Below, piece by piece: positions 37,364 to 39,395 of a stretch of DNA of 39,395 nt; within the stretch, counting starts at the first letter, position 1, and every line of letters starts with the position of its first letter. The DNA lies in NCBI GenBank assembly GCA_024626585.2, contig JANKJI020000001.1:3542760-3582154 (forward strand), written 5' to 3'. The stretch is from Ginkgo biloba (lineage: Eukaryota; Plantae; Ginkgophyta). Under the pieces are notes generated by a model. It was not told the DNA's origin, did no database searches, and saw nothing but the letters and a program-made list of their open reading frames with translations. A program made the translations under genes and the position numbers.

Positions 37364-39395
37364 NNNNNNNNNNNNNNNNNNNNNNNNNNNNNNNNNNNNN
37401 NNNNNNNNNNNNNNNNNNNNNNNNNNNNNNNNNNNNNNNNNNNNNNNNNNNNNNNNNNNNNNNTACCTTACAACTTTTTCAACTGAATATACAATGTCTA
37501 GTCAAGTATTTCTTAAGTATATAAGACTTCTAACTAATTTTCTATAAAGAGTGTTGCCAATAAAGTTTGTTCCATCATTTGTAGTTCACTTTATACCTAT
37601 CTTAATAGGTGTAGGAGACACTTTAAAATAATCCAGATAACATCTTCTAAGTAAATCTTTGACGTATATGCTTTATGAAATAAACAAGGCATAAACGTTG
37701 CCATTTGGATGAAAGGTAGATAGCGGAGGATGGGTGAATTTGGACAAAAAAGAAGATGAATTTACAAGAAAATGAGCTTTAGGTATGGGGGGCGATATAG
37801 ACCTCCAATATCTAGGCCCAATTATTATGAAAGACTAACACTAGGATTCTTTACCTCCAATGAGCCAAGATCAACAATTTCTAGAGAAAAGGGTACCCTT
37901 TTGATTGTTGATTGTCTCATTTTTCTATCTTTAAGATACTATTAAAAAAACAGGATAAAACCTTGATATCTCTGATATCTTTTGTATGGCCTCCTAGTAA
38001 TCNNNNNNNNNNNNNNNNNNNNNNNNNGACTAATGAACAAATTTATAACTTAGGGCACACCTAGTATGGTTGCTAGTTCTATTGACGATTATTTTTAGTA
38101 CTTGATTGATAAAATAGGATAAATCTTTGTGTCTACAACTCAGAGATATAAGTACCAATATAGAATAATAGGAAGGAGCCAAGGGGATCTCCATATTCAA
38201 GGGTCAATTACCTTATTATGAAAGAATAAAAAGAAGTAATGAAATAAATTAAAACTATTCATACTAAGTACACGATTGTGGTGAAAGTAGGTTCTGGCTC
38301 ATGCTAGGCAATTTATAACAAAAGGTGGAAAATATTACTAACTTAAATACTACAATGAAGGATATTGCTATTAAGATGAAGATGCCAATAGGGCCAATCT
38401 CTTGAAGTAGTAACGAAGAGTTGAGCGAGGTCAAATCTAGAAAGAAAGACTTTGTGACAAATTCAATCCTAAAGAAGGGGAATTATGAACATCATACCAC
38501 ACATTAATTAGTCAAACTCGCCAGACTAATCACAAAGTATAACATCTCAAATCACATTCACTTTATAATTTAACAACATGACTAGATGAATTAGAAAGTC
38601 AACTATAATTTTTTTAATAAGAAGGTATNNNNNNNNNNNNNNNNNNNNNNNNNNNNNNNNNNNNNNATGAAAATTAAAATCTATCTTCTATTTAATTATC
38701 CAAAAATATTCCCTTTATTGGGGTGATTATAAAGAAGTCATTTTTTTCTATAGAAATTATCTTTTCTCACATACAATTTTTTTTTTATGCAAAATGTTCA
38801 AACTCTTAACATGTCATTTATTTTCCATCTTATAGCCTCCCCACAAGGATATTGTGCAACTACTTATATCTTCTTCTTCTTGTTCCTGATAACTAGTTAG
38901 CATGAAACCTTTTGTTGAAGATTCCCATTATATGTTGGTCGGATAGCCCAAAGAAAGGGAAGCCTTTCTCTTGCTTCATTTTTCTCTTAGGGTCAAAGGT
39001 GATGTGGTTGAGTCAGGGGGGTGATTGAGGGAAGGACCTCAAATATCTCCACATGATTGATTATACTTGGTGATGACTCATAGTGTACCAAGGAAGTAGT
39101 GTGAGATTCAGTAGGGCTAAGTGGGACAGTTATCAAAGGTGTTGAGGAGGATGTAATAATTGGTGCTTCAAGATCTTGTTGTGGGCTTATATTTTCACCT
39201 TGTTCTTGATCCATTGATGATTCAATAACTTTGAATGGATGTTTAGTAGGATACAAACTTGTGGTAGGAGATGGATTATCCAATTTAGGAATATCAGGGG
39301 GGTGAAACACATCCAGGGACCTCCCTACCTCTAATTATCTCTCGGGGAACCCAAGAAGTTACTCTTTAGGTTGGTCAATAGGAGAGGATACGATG

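Overview
AT-rich, heavily gapped eukaryotic DNA, almost certainly from a seed plant. The style of the copia/gypsy remnants suggests a gymnosperm, which is an inference. Most of the window is decayed LTR-retrotransposon and LINE debris, and most ORFs in the supplied track are spurious or span N gaps. Three host loci can be reconstructed by reading splice sites. (1) On the + strand, a DUF1442 (SAM-methyltransferase-fold) exon at 10131-10669 is phase-compatible, across a ~7 kb TE-filled intron, with exons 17629-18413 and 18651-18813, which end in an ACR/GlnD-type ACT domain. The model carries two nonsense codons and a frameshift, so it is probably a pseudogene of a DUF1442-linker-ACT fusion. (2) On the - strand, a convergent TAF8 pseudogene (21031 to 20343) has five TAG stops, most at positions expected to be CAG, and one frameshift. 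(3) On the - strand, an apparently intact small-exon gene missed by the ORF track (32954 to 32175) encodes a divergent EUL/ricin-B beta-trefoil lectin. An exon+intron fragment of it has been copied and tandemly amplified in a ~420 bp repeat about 2 kb away. No rRNA, tRNA or CRISPR features were seen.
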